64,000 nucleotides of DNA from Planctomycetota bacterium. Lineage in GTDB: Bacteria > Planctomycetota > B15-G4. Of the stretch, positions 1 through 10,122 are shown piece by piece. Each line of letters starts with the position of its first letter. The first letter of the stretch is position 1. The position numbers and the translations under genes are program-made. The stretch is taken from positions 1,728,001-1,792,000 of the forward strand of contig CBDFJQ010000002.1 in assembly GCA_965248575.1 (NCBI GenBank), read 5' to 3'. The notes beneath the pieces were generated by a model, which did no database searches, had not been told where the DNA came from, and worked only from the letters and a program-made list of their open reading frames with translations.

Positions 1-714
1 AGCGGCAGCGCGCCAGCGGCGAGGCTGAGTCAGGGCGAGATGCAGGCTGCAGCCAACGCCGGCATAGAACCCCCACCAGTCCAGGGAGGTCGCTAGCAAC
101 ATGCTGGCCAGCAGGATCCACGGAATCCTGCCCGTGGGCCCTCGCCTCAACCACGACTGATACGCCAAGAGGACCCCGATGCTGGCCGCCAGGACGGGCG
201 GGCCCTGAGGGTCCACATGGGCGCCGTAGGCGACGGTCATGGGCAGGGCTGCCGTCAGCAGCGCCGCCAAACCACCGCTGAGGGCTGCGGCCCCGACTCC
301 CGGGGCCTCCCGCCCCACCAACCGCGCCAACAAGCAGAGGCTCAGCAACGTGCACAGGGCCATGAGCACCCGCGCTACCCGCTCGCTTTCGCCCACAGCT
401 GCGAAGGCGGCCGCCAAGGCCAGAGAGACACCTGGTGGATGGTTCCCGTAGACGTCCGGTGCAGACACCTGCGCCGCATTCAGCAGCGGCGCCCCGCCCA
501 GATGGAAAGGCCCGAGCCGCACGTAGTTGCGCGCGATCTGCGAATAGCGGGCACCGTTGTGGCCCAGCCAGGAGTGCTGCCAGGGTGCCGGCTCAAGCAC
601 GCCGCGCAATCCCCACGCCACCGTCAGGAGGGCAACCAGGAGCAGCGCCCGACCGAGCCAGACGTCCCGGCTGCCCTGGCTCTGCGCCAGCTGCTGTCCC
701 CCTTTCGCGCTCAC
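1..714 (-). CDS. ArnT/PMT-like (GT-C) membrane glycosyltransferase, 3' end runs off the window
   Basis: Not in the ORF track because there is no stop in the window. Translated by hand from GTG 714: N-terminal TM helix, then WLGHNGARYSQIARNY...YGNHPPG...FAAVGESERVAR, then further TM helices. Starts immediately after the lpxK stop. Confidence 0.75.
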   Translation of the reverse strand, partial: MSAKGGQQLAQSQGSRDVWLGRALLLVALLTVAWGLRGVLEPAPWQHSWLGHNGARYSQIARNYVRLGPFHLGGAPLLNAAQVSAPDVYGNHPPGVSLALAAAFAAVGESERVARVLMALCTLLSLCLLARLVGREAPGVGAAALSGGLAALLTAALPMTVAYGAHVDPQGPPVLAASIGVLLAYQSWLRRGPTGRIPWILLASMLLATSLDWWGFYAGVGCSLHLALTQPRRWRAAA

Positions 715-715
715 C

Positions 716-1741
716 TCAGGCGTCGAGACCGGGGATCCCCTCCAGCTCGCGCTCGAGCACCATGTCGATCACCAGGCACAGCACGTCGTCGGTACCCGGA
801 ATGGCTGCCACCTTGGCTGCGTCCTTCTCCGTGCACAGCAACTGGGCTGTTCGGGCCTCCCCGCGAACCTCGGCGAGGCTCGCGGCGTCGAAGGCGTAGT
901 GGTCAGGGAATCCGAGGGCGCCGGTGACGACGCCGCCCAGCCCCTCCACCGTGGCCCGGAAGCCGTCGGGAGATGCGATGCCGCTGAACAGGAACAGCTC
1001 GCGGCCCGCCAGGCTCTCTGGCGCAGCCTGCTCGCCCCCGTGACAGGGCCGAACACCGACGGGGGTGTGGCTGGCACGGATCACGGAGACCCCGCGACGG
1101 AAGGACGTGACGCTGGCCTCGGTGAGCTCCAAGCTCTCGTCGTCCATCCCTTCCGTGTGTGTCAGGACGATCACGTCCGCGCGACCCAGGCCGCTCGGGG
1201 GCTCCCGCAGGCCGCCGAAGGGCACGACCATTCCGTTGCTGACGGGCGAGCGGGCGTCTGCCAGCGCGATGTCCAGGTCCCGATGCAGCCGGCGGTGTTG
1301 GAAGCCGTCGTCGACGAGAATCAGGTCCACCCCGGCCTCTGCAGCCTGCTTGGCGGCCAGGAGCTTGTTGGGAGACATGAACACCTGGGCACCCGGAACG
1401 CGCTGGGCGATCAGGGCCACCTCATCCGTCCGCCCGCTGTCGTCGGCCACCGCCCCATAGCCCCGGGTCGCGATGCCCACGCTCTTGCCGGCAGCCAAGG
1501 CGCGCTGGGCCAGACAGATGATCAACGGCGTCTTTCCGGTCCCACCCACGGAGACGTTGCCCACCGAAACGACGGGCACCCCCACGGACACCGGCTGGAT
1601 CAGCCCTGCGTCATAGAGAGCGTTCCGCGCTGTGACCGTCAGCAGGTACAGAAGGTAGAGCGGTGAGAGGATCAGGCGCACCACGAACACGAGGGGCGTG
1701 GAGGTCGGGCTCACGAGCTGGTGAGCGAGGCTCGTTTTCAT
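716..1741 (-). CDS. lpxK: tetraacyldisaccharide 4'-kinase
   Basis: VVSVGNVSVGGTGKTP P-loop, RGYG, LVDDGFQHRRLHRDLD, P.GGLREP, FPDHY and TEKDAAK motifs. Confidence 0.95.
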   Translation of the reverse strand: MKTSLAHQLVSPTSTPLVFVVRLILSPLYLLYLLTVTARNALYDAGLIQPVSVGVPVVSVGNVSVGGTGKTPLIICLAQRALAAGKSVGIATRGYGAVADDSGRTDEVALIAQRVPGAQVFMSPNKLLAAKQAAEAGVDLILVDDGFQHRRLHRDLDIALADARSPVSNGMVVPFGGLREPPSGLGRADVIVLTHTEGMDDESLELTEASVTSFRRGVSVIRASHTPVGVRPCHGGEQAAPESLAGRELFLFSGIASPDGFRATVEGLGGVVTGALGFPDHYAFDAASLAEVRGEARTAQLLCTEKDAAKVAAIPGTDDVLCLVIDMVLERELEGIPGLDA

Positions 1742-2796
1742 CGGGCTTCTTTCCAGGTCCTTTCAAGGCCGTCGTCCGGCTTCGCCAAGAAGCGCTGAGC
1801 CGGGGACAAGCCGTCATCGTCATCGGCGAAACCATCGTCCGCCACAGGGTTCGCAGGGGCCGGGCGCGCTTCGACGTGTGGTCGAATCGCGGGCGACTGA
1901 GCTTCGGCGCCGACCTCCGAGCTCGTCTCGGGCGGCAGCGCCTCTGGGACAGCCTCGACGACAGGGGGAGTCGCTGGCTGCGCGACTGACACCACCCGCC
2001 CGGGCGTCTTCATGCTGGCCGGTCGCTGGGTCCCGGAGAGCTCTTCGGCGAGAGCCATGTAGTCCTGGGCACCGCGCGAGCCTGGCGCGTACTCGAAGAT
2101 CGTCTTCCCATGGCTGGGCGCCTCAGCCAGCTTGATGTCACGCCGGATGGGTGACTTCAACATCACGTCGCCAAAGTGCTTCACGACGTCTGCGATCACG
2201 GCCCGACTGAGCTTGGTGCTCGGGTCGTGGCGGCAACTCACCATGGAGGCGATCTCCAGCCGCGGGTTCAGGCGACTGCGCACCAGCTCCACGATCTCAA
2301 GCAGCTTGCCCAAGCCCTGCAGGGCGAAGAACTCCGCCTGGATGGGCACGAACAACTCGTCGCAGCTCACCAGGGCATTGAGGGACAGCAGGCCGAGGCT
2401 CGGTGGGCAGTCCACCAACAAGTAGTCGTAGGTACCCGGCCGCTCCGCTTCATCCCGCTCGAGAGCGTGGCGCAGGATCATCTCCCGGCCCACCTCGTTC
2501 ACGAGCTCCAGCTCCACGCCGGCCAGGTCGATGCTGGCTGGCGCAATGTCGAGCCCAGGCTCGGCCGCGCTGGCCCGGGCGACATCGGCCAGATGGGCCT
2601 TCCCGTGGAACAGCTCATAAAGGGATGGGGTGACGCTGGCCGGGTCCAGGTCCAGATGGACGGTGAGATTGCACTGCGGGTCGAGGTCGCAGACGAGGGT
2701 CCGGTGGCCCAGGCGCGCGAGGGCTGCGCCCAAGTTCACCGTGGTGGTCGTCTTGCCGACGCCCCCCTTCTGATTGATGACCGCAATACGTCTCAT
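1738..2796 (-). CDS. ParA/Soj-family ATPase with Pro/acidic C-terminal extension
   Basis: NQKGGVGKTTT deviant Walker A, DLDPQCN, VDCPPSLG, PIQAEFFALQGL and LAEAPSHG motifs. Stop overlaps the lpxK start (ATGA). Confidence 0.92.
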   Translation of the reverse strand: MRRIAVINQKGGVGKTTTTVNLGAALARLGHRTLVCDLDPQCNLTVHLDLDPASVTPSLYELFHGKAHLADVARASAAEPGLDIAPASIDLAGVELELVNEVGREMILRHALERDEAERPGTYDYLLVDCPPSLGLLSLNALVSCDELFVPIQAEFFALQGLGKLLEIVELVRSRLNPRLEIASMVSCRHDPSTKLSRAVIADVVKHFGDVMLKSPIRRDIKLAEAPSHGKTIFEYAPGSRGAQDYMALAEELSGTQRPASMKTPGRVVSVAQPATPPVVEAVPEALPPETSSEVGAEAQSPAIRPHVEARPAPANPVADDGFADDDDGLSPAQRFLAKPDDGLERTWKEAR

Positions 2797-2853
2797 GGCG
2801 TCCGTCTCTCAGGCCCGGTGTGTTGCGGGGCCGTGTTCGCTAGAATCCTCGCT

Positions 2854-4224
2854 GTGACCACCCGAGCCAAGGAACTTTTCGAAGCATCGGTCGACCAGGT
2901 CCGTCGTGGCCAGCTCCGTCCTGCCCTTGGGACGCTTCTGGACGCCCTGGTCGCCGAGCCCGTCCACGCCGAATCCCTGGAGGCGGCGGGGCGGATCTGC
3001 CGCATGCTGGGAGCACCCGAGGACGCTCAGCTCTTCGAGACGCTGAAGGACACGCCCCAGGAGGCGGACGCACTCTACAGCCTGGGTCATCGCCTCGTCG
3101 ACCAGGCCCGGCCCGACGTGGCGGTCTCGCTCTTTGAGCGCGGGCTGGAGCGCAGCTCCGACCCTCAGCTCGCCGACGCCCTGCGCCGGGAGCTGGCCTT
3201 CGCACAATTCGCGAATCGGGACTTTGAAGCGAGCCTCAGGACATTGGGCGGGATCGAAGCCCACGTGGACCTGGCCGAATCCGAGCGGCTGGACCTCTCC
3301 ATGCTCCAAGCCGAAGCCGCCCTCTACCTGCACCGCCGGGACCTCGCGAACCACTTCATGGAGCAGGCAGAGCAGATCCTGCCCGACGACGGCCAGCGGG
3401 CCCGGCTGGACGCCTTGCACAGCCTGCTGGGCCGCGCCAGCCGCTGGCCGCAGCTGGCCGACGCCCCTCTGCGCGCCTGGCACTTCATCCAGCACGCCGG
3501 CGTCCTGCTGAAGACAGCCGGCGGCTATTTCGAGGACGGCAGCCGTGCCGGGCGCTACGACATGCTCGACCTCAAACCGGACATGGTGGCCTTCCTGCTG
3601 CAGCGGCTGGTGCATCTCATGGAACGGCTCGAGATCGACGTCGAGGTGGTCATCCCCACCGGACCCGTGGCAGCCCCCCTGGCGAGCGCCCTGGCCCGGC
3701 GCATGGGCCGCACCTATGTGGAGAGCCTCGCCGACCGCAGTGATCGCAGCGCTCTGGTGGTGGCCGCTGGCGCCGGCGAGTTCGAACCCCTGAGCCCCGG
3801 CTTCGCCCGCAACCGCCCCGAGCTGCTGATCTTCTCGCTCAACCTCGATTGGGAGCGGGACAACGCCGTCCTGCCCGAGGTGGTGGGTGTCCTCGCGCGC
3901 CGGGCCTTCCTGCCCTGGGAGACGCGCTATGCCATGGACCCCGACACCCACGAAATGCGCGAGATCCCCGGTGACGAGCGCCCAGCCAACGTTCTCGGCG
4001 CGGAACTCGTCGTAGCGATGCAGGCACTGCCTGACGACGGCGGAACCGCTCGCAAGGAGTTCGAAGACTTCTATCTCCCGTTGGCAGACGAACTGGTCCT
4101 CGCAAACGAAGGGCGACACCCCTACCGCCGCCAGTTCACGCACATCTCGCCGTGCTGGAGTCCCGTGGGCAAGCTTCATGAGCTGACTCGCGATGCAGAC
4201 CAGGACGACGGCTCCTCCGCCTGA
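2854..4224 (+). CDS. hypothetical protein with TPR-like helical N-terminus
   Basis: Coding-like portion of ORF 2176..4224. Likely GTG start at 2854, 7 nt after TAGAAT. Helical repeats such as ALYSLGHRLVDQARPDVAVSLFERGL. Confidence 0.7.
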   Translation: MTTRAKELFEASVDQVRRGQLRPALGTLLDALVAEPVHAESLEAAGRICRMLGAPEDAQLFETLKDTPQEADALYSLGHRLVDQARPDVAVSLFERGLERSSDPQLADALRRELAFAQFANRDFEASLRTLGGIEAHVDLAESERLDLSMLQAEAALYLHRRDLANHFMEQAEQILPDDGQRARLDALHSLLGRASRWPQLADAPLRAWHFIQHAGVLLKTAGGYFEDGSRAGRYDMLDLKPDMVAFLLQRLVHLMERLEIDVEVVIPTGPVAAPLASALARRMGRTYVESLADRSDRSALVVAAGAGEFEPLSPGFARNRPELLIFSLNLDWERDNAVLPEVVGVLARRAFLPWETRYAMDPDTHEMREIPGDERPANVLGAELVVAMQALPDDGGTARKEFEDFYLPLADELVLANEGRHPYRRQFTHISPCWSPVGKLHELTRDADQDDGSSA

Positions 4225-4247
4225 CGGCACCCCGGCACCACTCCCTC

Positions 4248-6299
4248 ATGAACACGCTGCTCCCCGCTGTCCGTGACCTCGCGCTGAAGGTCAGCAACCC
4301 CGTCCAGTACATGGGCGGGGAGTACAACATCGTGCGCAAGAACCCCGAAGAGGTCAGCGCGCGCCTGGCGCTCTGCTACCCCGACGTCTACGAGATCGGC
4401 TCGAGCCACAACGGCAGCCAGGTGCTCTACACCATGGTCAACCGGGAGAGCGATCTGGCGTGCGAGCGCTGCTACACGCCCTGGCCAGACATGGCAGCCG
4501 CCATGCGCGAAGCGGGTTTGCCGCTGTTCACGTTGGAGAACCACCTCGCGGTGCGCGACTTCGACGTGCTGGGCTTCACCTTGCAGACGGAGTTGACCTA
4601 CACCAACATCCTCGAGACCCTCGACCTGGCGGGGATTCCGCTGCTGAGCACGGACCGGGATGAGAACCATCCCGTGGTCATCGCCGGTGGACACGGCGCC
4701 CATTCGCCGGAGGTCATGGCACCCTTCATCGACGTCTTCATGCCAGGCGACGGTGAGGAGACCCTGCCCGAACTCCTGCGCTTCGTCGCCCAACAGCGCA
4801 AGCTCGGCACGGCGCGCGGAGAGCTGCTGCATCTCCTGGCCGCGAACCATCCCTGGGCCTATGTGCCGTCCATGTACGACGCAGCCTTCGATCAGGGAGG
4901 CGGCCCGTTCCGCGGCCTCACCCCCCGCTTCGAGGATGTCCCGGCCCGGGTCAAGGGCGCAGCCGTGTTCGACTTCAGCAGCATCCCTGTCGTCACGAAG
5001 CCCTTGGTCCCCAACGCCAAGACGGTGCACGAGACCATCTCGATCGAGATCATGCGCGGTTGCACCCGGGGCTGCCGCTTCTGCCAGGCGGGCATGATCA
5101 CGCGCCCCATGCGCTACCGGACGGTCGAGGACCTCGTGGACGCCGCCGAACAGGCCGTGCAGTCGACGGGCTACGACGAGGTGACCCTCACTTCGCTTTC
5201 GTCGGGAGACTACCCCTGGATCGAAGAACTGATCCAGAAGATGAACGACCGCTTCGCCTCGCGACGCGTCTCCGTCTCCCTGCCCAGCCTGCGCGTCACG
5301 GGCGAACTGGCACACCTGCCGGGCATGACCAACAACGTGCGCAAGAGCAGCCTGACCTTCGCGCCCGAGGTGGCCACGGACCGCCTGCGCAAGATCATCA
5401 ACAAGGACATCAGCAACGCTGACGTCCTCAAGAGCGCCGAGGCGGCCTACCGCGAAGGCTGGTCCACCATCAAGCTCTACTACATGATCGGCATCCCCGG
5501 CGAGATGGAAGAGGACCTCACAGCCGTCGTGGAATTCGCCGACGAGCTGTCCCGCCTCCGCCACAAGGTCACCGGCAAGGGCAGGGCCAAGGTGAACGTC
5601 ACCGTCACGACCTTCGTCCCCAAGGCCTTCGTGCCCTTTCAATGGGACGGCATGATGGACAGGCACACAGTCGCCGCGAAGCAGTCATGGATGCGCGGGC
5701 TCAACCGCAACAAGTCCGTGAAGCTCAAGTTCCACGACGCCGACCAGAGCTACCTCGAGGGCATCCTGTCCCGTGGTGACCGGCGCTTGGGCCCGGTGCT
5801 GATCAAGGCCTGGGAGCTGGGCGCCCGCTTCGACGCCTGGCGCGAACACTTCAAGATCGGACACTGGCTCAACGCTTTCGAGCAGTCGGGCCTGGACCCG
5901 GATGACTTCGCGCTGCGTGAGCGGAGCCAGGACGAAGCCCTGCCTTGGGACCACCTCGACATCGGTCCAGCCCGGGAGTACCTCTGGGAAGAGCGCGAGC
6001 GGGCCCGCAAGTTGATCAAGACGGACTACTGCGTCGGCAAGGTTTGTCACGTGTGCGGCGTGCCGCCCTCGCTTTGCTTCGCTATCAAGCGCGACATGGG
6101 ACTCCTGGACAGCGCACACCGCGGCATTCTCGAGATGGACGAAGAGGGCATCACCCGCGGCGTCAAGGGTGTGGCGGCCGATGCGGGCCGCAAGCTCACC
6201 GTCGCCGCTGACAGCAAGGTCCGCGCTCCGCGCACGGCCACGTTGGATGCCGCGACTTCTGAAGACAAGGCAGAGACGCCATCGGGAGCCCCTTCATGA
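4248..6299 (+). CDS. B12-binding-like radical SAM protein (TIGR03960-like)
   Basis: P.QYMGGEYN, CYPDVYEIG, CERCYTPWPD, the radical SAM motif RGCTRGCRFCQAG and a C-terminal Cys cluster (CVGKVCHVCGV). Confidence 0.9.
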   Translation: MNTLLPAVRDLALKVSNPVQYMGGEYNIVRKNPEEVSARLALCYPDVYEIGSSHNGSQVLYTMVNRESDLACERCYTPWPDMAAAMREAGLPLFTLENHLAVRDFDVLGFTLQTELTYTNILETLDLAGIPLLSTDRDENHPVVIAGGHGAHSPEVMAPFIDVFMPGDGEETLPELLRFVAQQRKLGTARGELLHLLAANHPWAYVPSMYDAAFDQGGGPFRGLTPRFEDVPARVKGAAVFDFSSIPVVTKPLVPNAKTVHETISIEIMRGCTRGCRFCQAGMITRPMRYRTVEDLVDAAEQAVQSTGYDEVTLTSLSSGDYPWIEELIQKMNDRFASRRVSVSLPSLRVTGELAHLPGMTNNVRKSSLTFAPEVATDRLRKIINKDISNADVLKSAEAAYREGWSTIKLYYMIGIPGEMEEDLTAVVEFADELSRLRHKVTGKGRAKVNVTVTTFVPKAFVPFQWDGMMDRHTVAAKQSWMRGLNRNKSVKLKFHDADQSYLEGILSRGDRRLGPVLIKAWELGARFDAWREHFKIGHWLNAFEQSGLDPDDFALRERSQDEALPWDHLDIGPAREYLWEERERARKLIKTDYCVGKVCHVCGVPPSLCFAIKRDMGLLDSAHRGILEMDEEGITRGVKGVAADAGRKLTVAADSKVRAPRTATLDAATSEDKAETPSGAPS

Positions 6300-8041
6300 A
6301 GGAGGGGCCCTTCGCCAGGGCGCTGAGCTACTTCCCTGCGGTCCGCACGCGCTGGCTCAAGGGCATGCTCTGCATCCTGCCCACGAGCGGGCTGGAGCTC
6401 GTCCTGCCGTTCATCGTCCGCCATGTCGTGAACGGCATGCAGGGTGAAACCATGAGCACCACGGAGGTGGTGTGGTGGGCTCTGGCCGGCCTGCTCATCA
6501 CGGTGGTCAAGGGCGCCGGTAAGTTCGGCATGCGCTGGTACATCACGGGAGCCTCCCGGGAGTTTGAGCGCATCTACCGCCAGGAGTACTTCCAGCACCT
6601 CATGCGCCTGACGCCGCGCGACATCGCCCACGTGCGCACCGGAGATCTCATGTCGCGCTCCGTCGCGGACGTGGAGGCTGTGCGCATGATGTTGGGGCCC
6701 GGGCTCATGTACGTCAGCCAGGCAGCGATCGTCGTGCCCTCCGCCTTGATCGTCATGGCCACCATCGATGTCAGCCTGACCCTGGTCATGCTGGTGCCCT
6801 TCATCGGCCTGGCCACGGTGATCCGCATCGCCGCCAAACCCACGCAACATTGGAGCGAGGCCACCCAGGAGCGCATCGCGGATCTCTCCGTGGTGGCCCA
6901 CGAGAACTTCTCGGGCGTGCGGGTCGTCAAAGCCTTCGCCACCGAGGGCGTCTCCGGCAGCGTGTTCAGGCGCATGGGTCGCTCGCTGCTCGAAGCCAAC
7001 ATGCGCTTGGCCACCATCCGCGGCGTGACCTCGGCCGCCATCACCGCCATCAAGGACCTGGGCGCCCTCGTCATTCTCCTGGTGGGCGGATGGCATGTGG
7101 TGCAAGGCACCTTGTCCGTGGGCGACCTCGTTTTTTTCCTGATGATCCTGAACCTGGCCCTCTGGCCGCTGATCGCCATTGGCTGGATGCTCGGCATGTA
7201 TCACCGTGCCAAGGCAGGCGCGCGACGTCTCGAAGAAGTCTTCAGCTTGGAGCCCTCGGTCCGTGAGCTGGAATCCCCCGCCCCCGGCGGAAAGTTCCGC
7301 GGGGAGATCGAGGTCAAGGATCTCTCGTTCGGCTGGGGCGAGGTGAACACCCTCGAGGACATCTCGTTCAAGGTGGCTGCGGGCAAGACCGTCGGCATCA
7401 CCGGGCGCACGGGCTGCGGCAAGACGACCCTGGTCCAGCTGCTCGCGCGGCTCGTGGACCCCCCTGCCGGCACCGTCTTCGTGGATGGTCGGGACATCCG
7501 CGAACTCCCCCTCAACCATCTTCGGCAACACATCGGCGTCGTGCCCCAAGACACCTTCTTGTTCAGTGACACCGTGTCCCAGAACATCGCCTTCGCCGGC
7601 CCCCACATCGACGAAGAGCGCGTGCGCGAAGTGGCCCGGCTGGCTCAGGTGCATGACGACATCGAGGGCTTCCCCGACGGCTTCGACGAACTGCTGGGAG
7701 AGCGGGGCGTCACCCTCTCCGGCGGACAACGGCAACGCACGGCCATCGCCCGGGGCCTGGCTGCCAATCCGCCTCTGTTGATCCTCGACGACTGTCTCTC
7801 CGCCGTGGATTCCGTCACCGAGCAGGCCATCCTGCGCACCCTGCGGGAGACTTTGAGCGATCGCACATCCATCATCGTCAGCCACCGGGTGACCGCCCTG
7901 ATCCTGGCTGACGAGATCCTCGTCATGGATGAGGGGCGGATTGTGGAGCGGGGCACGCACCACGACCTCGTCGCCCGTGGTGGGCTGTACGCCGACCTCG
8001 AGCAGCGCCAGCGCATCGAGGCGGAGATCGACGCCCTGTGA
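6296..8041 (+). CDS. ABC exporter, TMD-NBD fused subunit (MdlA-like)
   Basis: TM domain, GRTGCGKTT, LSGGQRQR and ILDDCLSAVD (degenerate Walker B). ATGA overlap with the radical SAM gene. Confidence 0.93.
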   Translation: MKEGPFARALSYFPAVRTRWLKGMLCILPTSGLELVLPFIVRHVVNGMQGETMSTTEVVWWALAGLLITVVKGAGKFGMRWYITGASREFERIYRQEYFQHLMRLTPRDIAHVRTGDLMSRSVADVEAVRMMLGPGLMYVSQAAIVVPSALIVMATIDVSLTLVMLVPFIGLATVIRIAAKPTQHWSEATQERIADLSVVAHENFSGVRVVKAFATEGVSGSVFRRMGRSLLEANMRLATIRGVTSAAITAIKDLGALVILLVGGWHVVQGTLSVGDLVFFLMILNLALWPLIAIGWMLGMYHRAKAGARRLEEVFSLEPSVRELESPAPGGKFRGEIEVKDLSFGWGEVNTLEDISFKVAAGKTVGITGRTGCGKTTLVQLLARLVDPPAGTVFVDGRDIRELPLNHLRQHIGVVPQDTFLFSDTVSQNIAFAGPHIDEERVREVARLAQVHDDIEGFPDGFDELLGERGVTLSGGQRQRTAIARGLAANPPLLILDDCLSAVDSVTEQAILRTLRETLSDRTSIIVSHRVTALILADEILVMDEGRIVERGTHHDLVARGGLYADLEQRQRIEAEIDAL

Positions 8042-10080
8042 GCGCCACCGACGTTGACGCACTGACCAAGACGGCTGTGGGCAGCCGTGCCGACCGCAAC
8101 CTGTTGCGGCGCATGCTGGTCTTCGCACGCCCCCACATCGCGGCGCTGTCCGTCACGTTCAGCTTGCTGATCCTCAACATCGGGCTCGGCATTGCAAAGC
8201 CACTCATCCTCAAGGAAGTCATCGACGGCCCCTTGGAGACGGCCGTCGAAAGTCGGGGGACCACCGACTTCGACATCAACGCCCTGACCAGCTCCGTCAC
8301 CGGGTACGCGCTCCTGTTCCTCGGGGCCTCGCTGGTGCTGGCGGTGAGCCTGGTGCTGCTCGAGTGGATCATGAACCGCACCGGGCAGCGGGTGGTGTTC
8401 TCCATCCGGAACTGCGTGTTCCATCACCTGCTGCGCCTGCCCGTCTCCTGGTTCAACCGCCACAACGTAGGTTGGGTCGTCACGCGCAGCACGAGCGACA
8501 TCGACTCGCTGTCCGAGCTGTTCACCACGGGTGTGGCGACCATCGCCAAGGATCTGCTCTCGATCGTGGTCGTGATCTGCGTGCTGATCAGCATGTCGGC
8601 CAAGTTGTCCATCGTCGCCTTGCTGATCCTGCCGGTGATGATCCTCGTGACCTTCCGCTTCCGGCTCAAGGCGCGCATGGCGTACCGCGCCACGCGCAAG
8701 TCCCTCAGCCTCTTGAACGGTTTCCTCCAGGAACGCCTCACGGGGCTGGACGTCGTGCACCTCTTCCGCCGCGAGAAGAGCTCGTCGGAGTCCTTCGGGG
8801 AGTTCAACGAGCAGTACTACGAAGACAACATGGTCACGGTGCGGCACTTCTCGCTGTTCTTCCCCACCGTCGACACCCTCTCCCAGCTGGTCAAGATGGG
8901 CACGCTGATCTGGGCCAGCTGGCTGATCCTGCAGGGTGAGTTGAGCCTGGGCAGCTTCGTGGCCTTCTGGCTCCTGCTCGACTTCGTGTTCGAGCCCATC
9001 CGTGAGTTGGCCGAACGCTACAACGTGCTGCAGGCGGCCATGGCTGCAGGCGAACGGATCTTCGGCATCCTCGACGCTCCCACCGAAGAGGGCCAGGTCG
9101 CCATCGCGGCCACCATCGCCACGGTGGATGCCGAGAGCCGGGCCGATGGAGCGCCCGACCCCACGCAGCTGCGACTCTTCCACAAGCCCACGGCTGCCAC
9201 GGCACAGGCCATGGCACCGGCAACCACAGCTGAACCCGCCCTGAACGGTCACGGCGCCTCACCGGATCTGTCCAGGGAGGTCGAAGGCAACCGCCTGTCG
9301 TCCGACGCCGCGCTCTCCGCCGCGCAGGCCGGCACCAAGGCCGGGGCTCCCGGTATCGATTTCGACACCGTCTCCTTCTCCTATCCGGTGGGCGCGGACG
9401 TGCTCAGCGAGGTGTCCTTCCGGATCGAGCCCGGCCAGAAGGTCGCCGTCGTGGGACACACGGGCGCCGGCAAGACCACCTTGGTCAACCTGCTCTGCCG
9501 CTTCCACGAGACCGACCGGGGTGTGGTGCGCGTGGGCGGCACCGACGTGCGCGAGATTCCGCACACGGACCTGCGTCGGCGCATCGCCATCGTGCAGCAA
9601 GACGTCTTCCTCTTCAGTCAGAGCATCGCCGCCAACATTCGCATGGGCGACAAGTCCCTCAGCGATGAGCGCGTGCGGGCAGCGGCCACTGCGGTCAACG
9701 CCAACCGTTTCATCGACGCCCTGCCGGATGGCTACGGGACCGAGCTCCAGGAGCGCGGCAGCAACATCTCCTCCGGGCAGCGCCAGCTCGTGGCCTTCGC
9801 CCGGGCCCTGGCTGCAGACCCCGAGATCCTGGTGCTCGACGAAGCCACGTCCTCCGTGGACAGCGAGACGGAGCATTGGATCGAGGAAGCCACGGCCACA
9901 CTCATGCGTGGCCGCACGTCACTCGTCATCGCGCACCGGCTGTCCACCGTGGTGCGCGCCGACTGCATCCTGGTCATGCACAAGGGTGAGTTGCGTGAGG
10001 TGGGCACGCACGAAGAGCTCCTGGAAGCCGGCGGTCTCTATCACCGGCTCTACCACCTGCATCTCGCGGCCAGCTCCTGA
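8038..10080 (+). CDS. ABC exporter, TMD-NBD fused subunit (MdlB-like), heterodimer partner
   Basis: GHTGAGKTT, ISSGQRQL, VLDEATSSVD and IAHRLST motifs. GTGA overlap with the upstream ABC gene. Confidence 0.93.
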   Translation: MSATDVDALTKTAVGSRADRNLLRRMLVFARPHIAALSVTFSLLILNIGLGIAKPLILKEVIDGPLETAVESRGTTDFDINALTSSVTGYALLFLGASLVLAVSLVLLEWIMNRTGQRVVFSIRNCVFHHLLRLPVSWFNRHNVGWVVTRSTSDIDSLSELFTTGVATIAKDLLSIVVVICVLISMSAKLSIVALLILPVMILVTFRFRLKARMAYRATRKSLSLLNGFLQERLTGLDVVHLFRREKSSSESFGEFNEQYYEDNMVTVRHFSLFFPTVDTLSQLVKMGTLIWASWLILQGELSLGSFVAFWLLLDFVFEPIRELAERYNVLQAAMAAGERIFGILDAPTEEGQVAIAATIATVDAESRADGAPDPTQLRLFHKPTAATAQAMAPATTAEPALNGHGASPDLSREVEGNRLSSDAALSAAQAGTKAGAPGIDFDTVSFSYPVGADVLSEVSFRIEPGQKVAVVGHTGAGKTTLVNLLCRFHETDRGVVRVGGTDVREIPHTDLRRRIAIVQQDVFLFSQSIAANIRMGDKSLSDERVRAAATAVNANRFIDALPDGYGTELQERGSNISSGQRQLVAFARALAADPEILVLDEATSSVDSETEHWIEEATATLMRGRTSLVIAHRLSTVVRADCILVMHKGELREVGTHEELLEAGGLYHRLYHLHLAASS

Positions 10081-10122
10081 CCCACCCGGCCAAGCCGGTG
10101 AATGCCGGCGGTCCAGCGTCCG

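Noticed and set aside
700..720. Possible TGA readthrough fusing LpxK to the ArnT-like protein
   Set aside because: The downstream gene is in a different frame, with its own GTG at 714.
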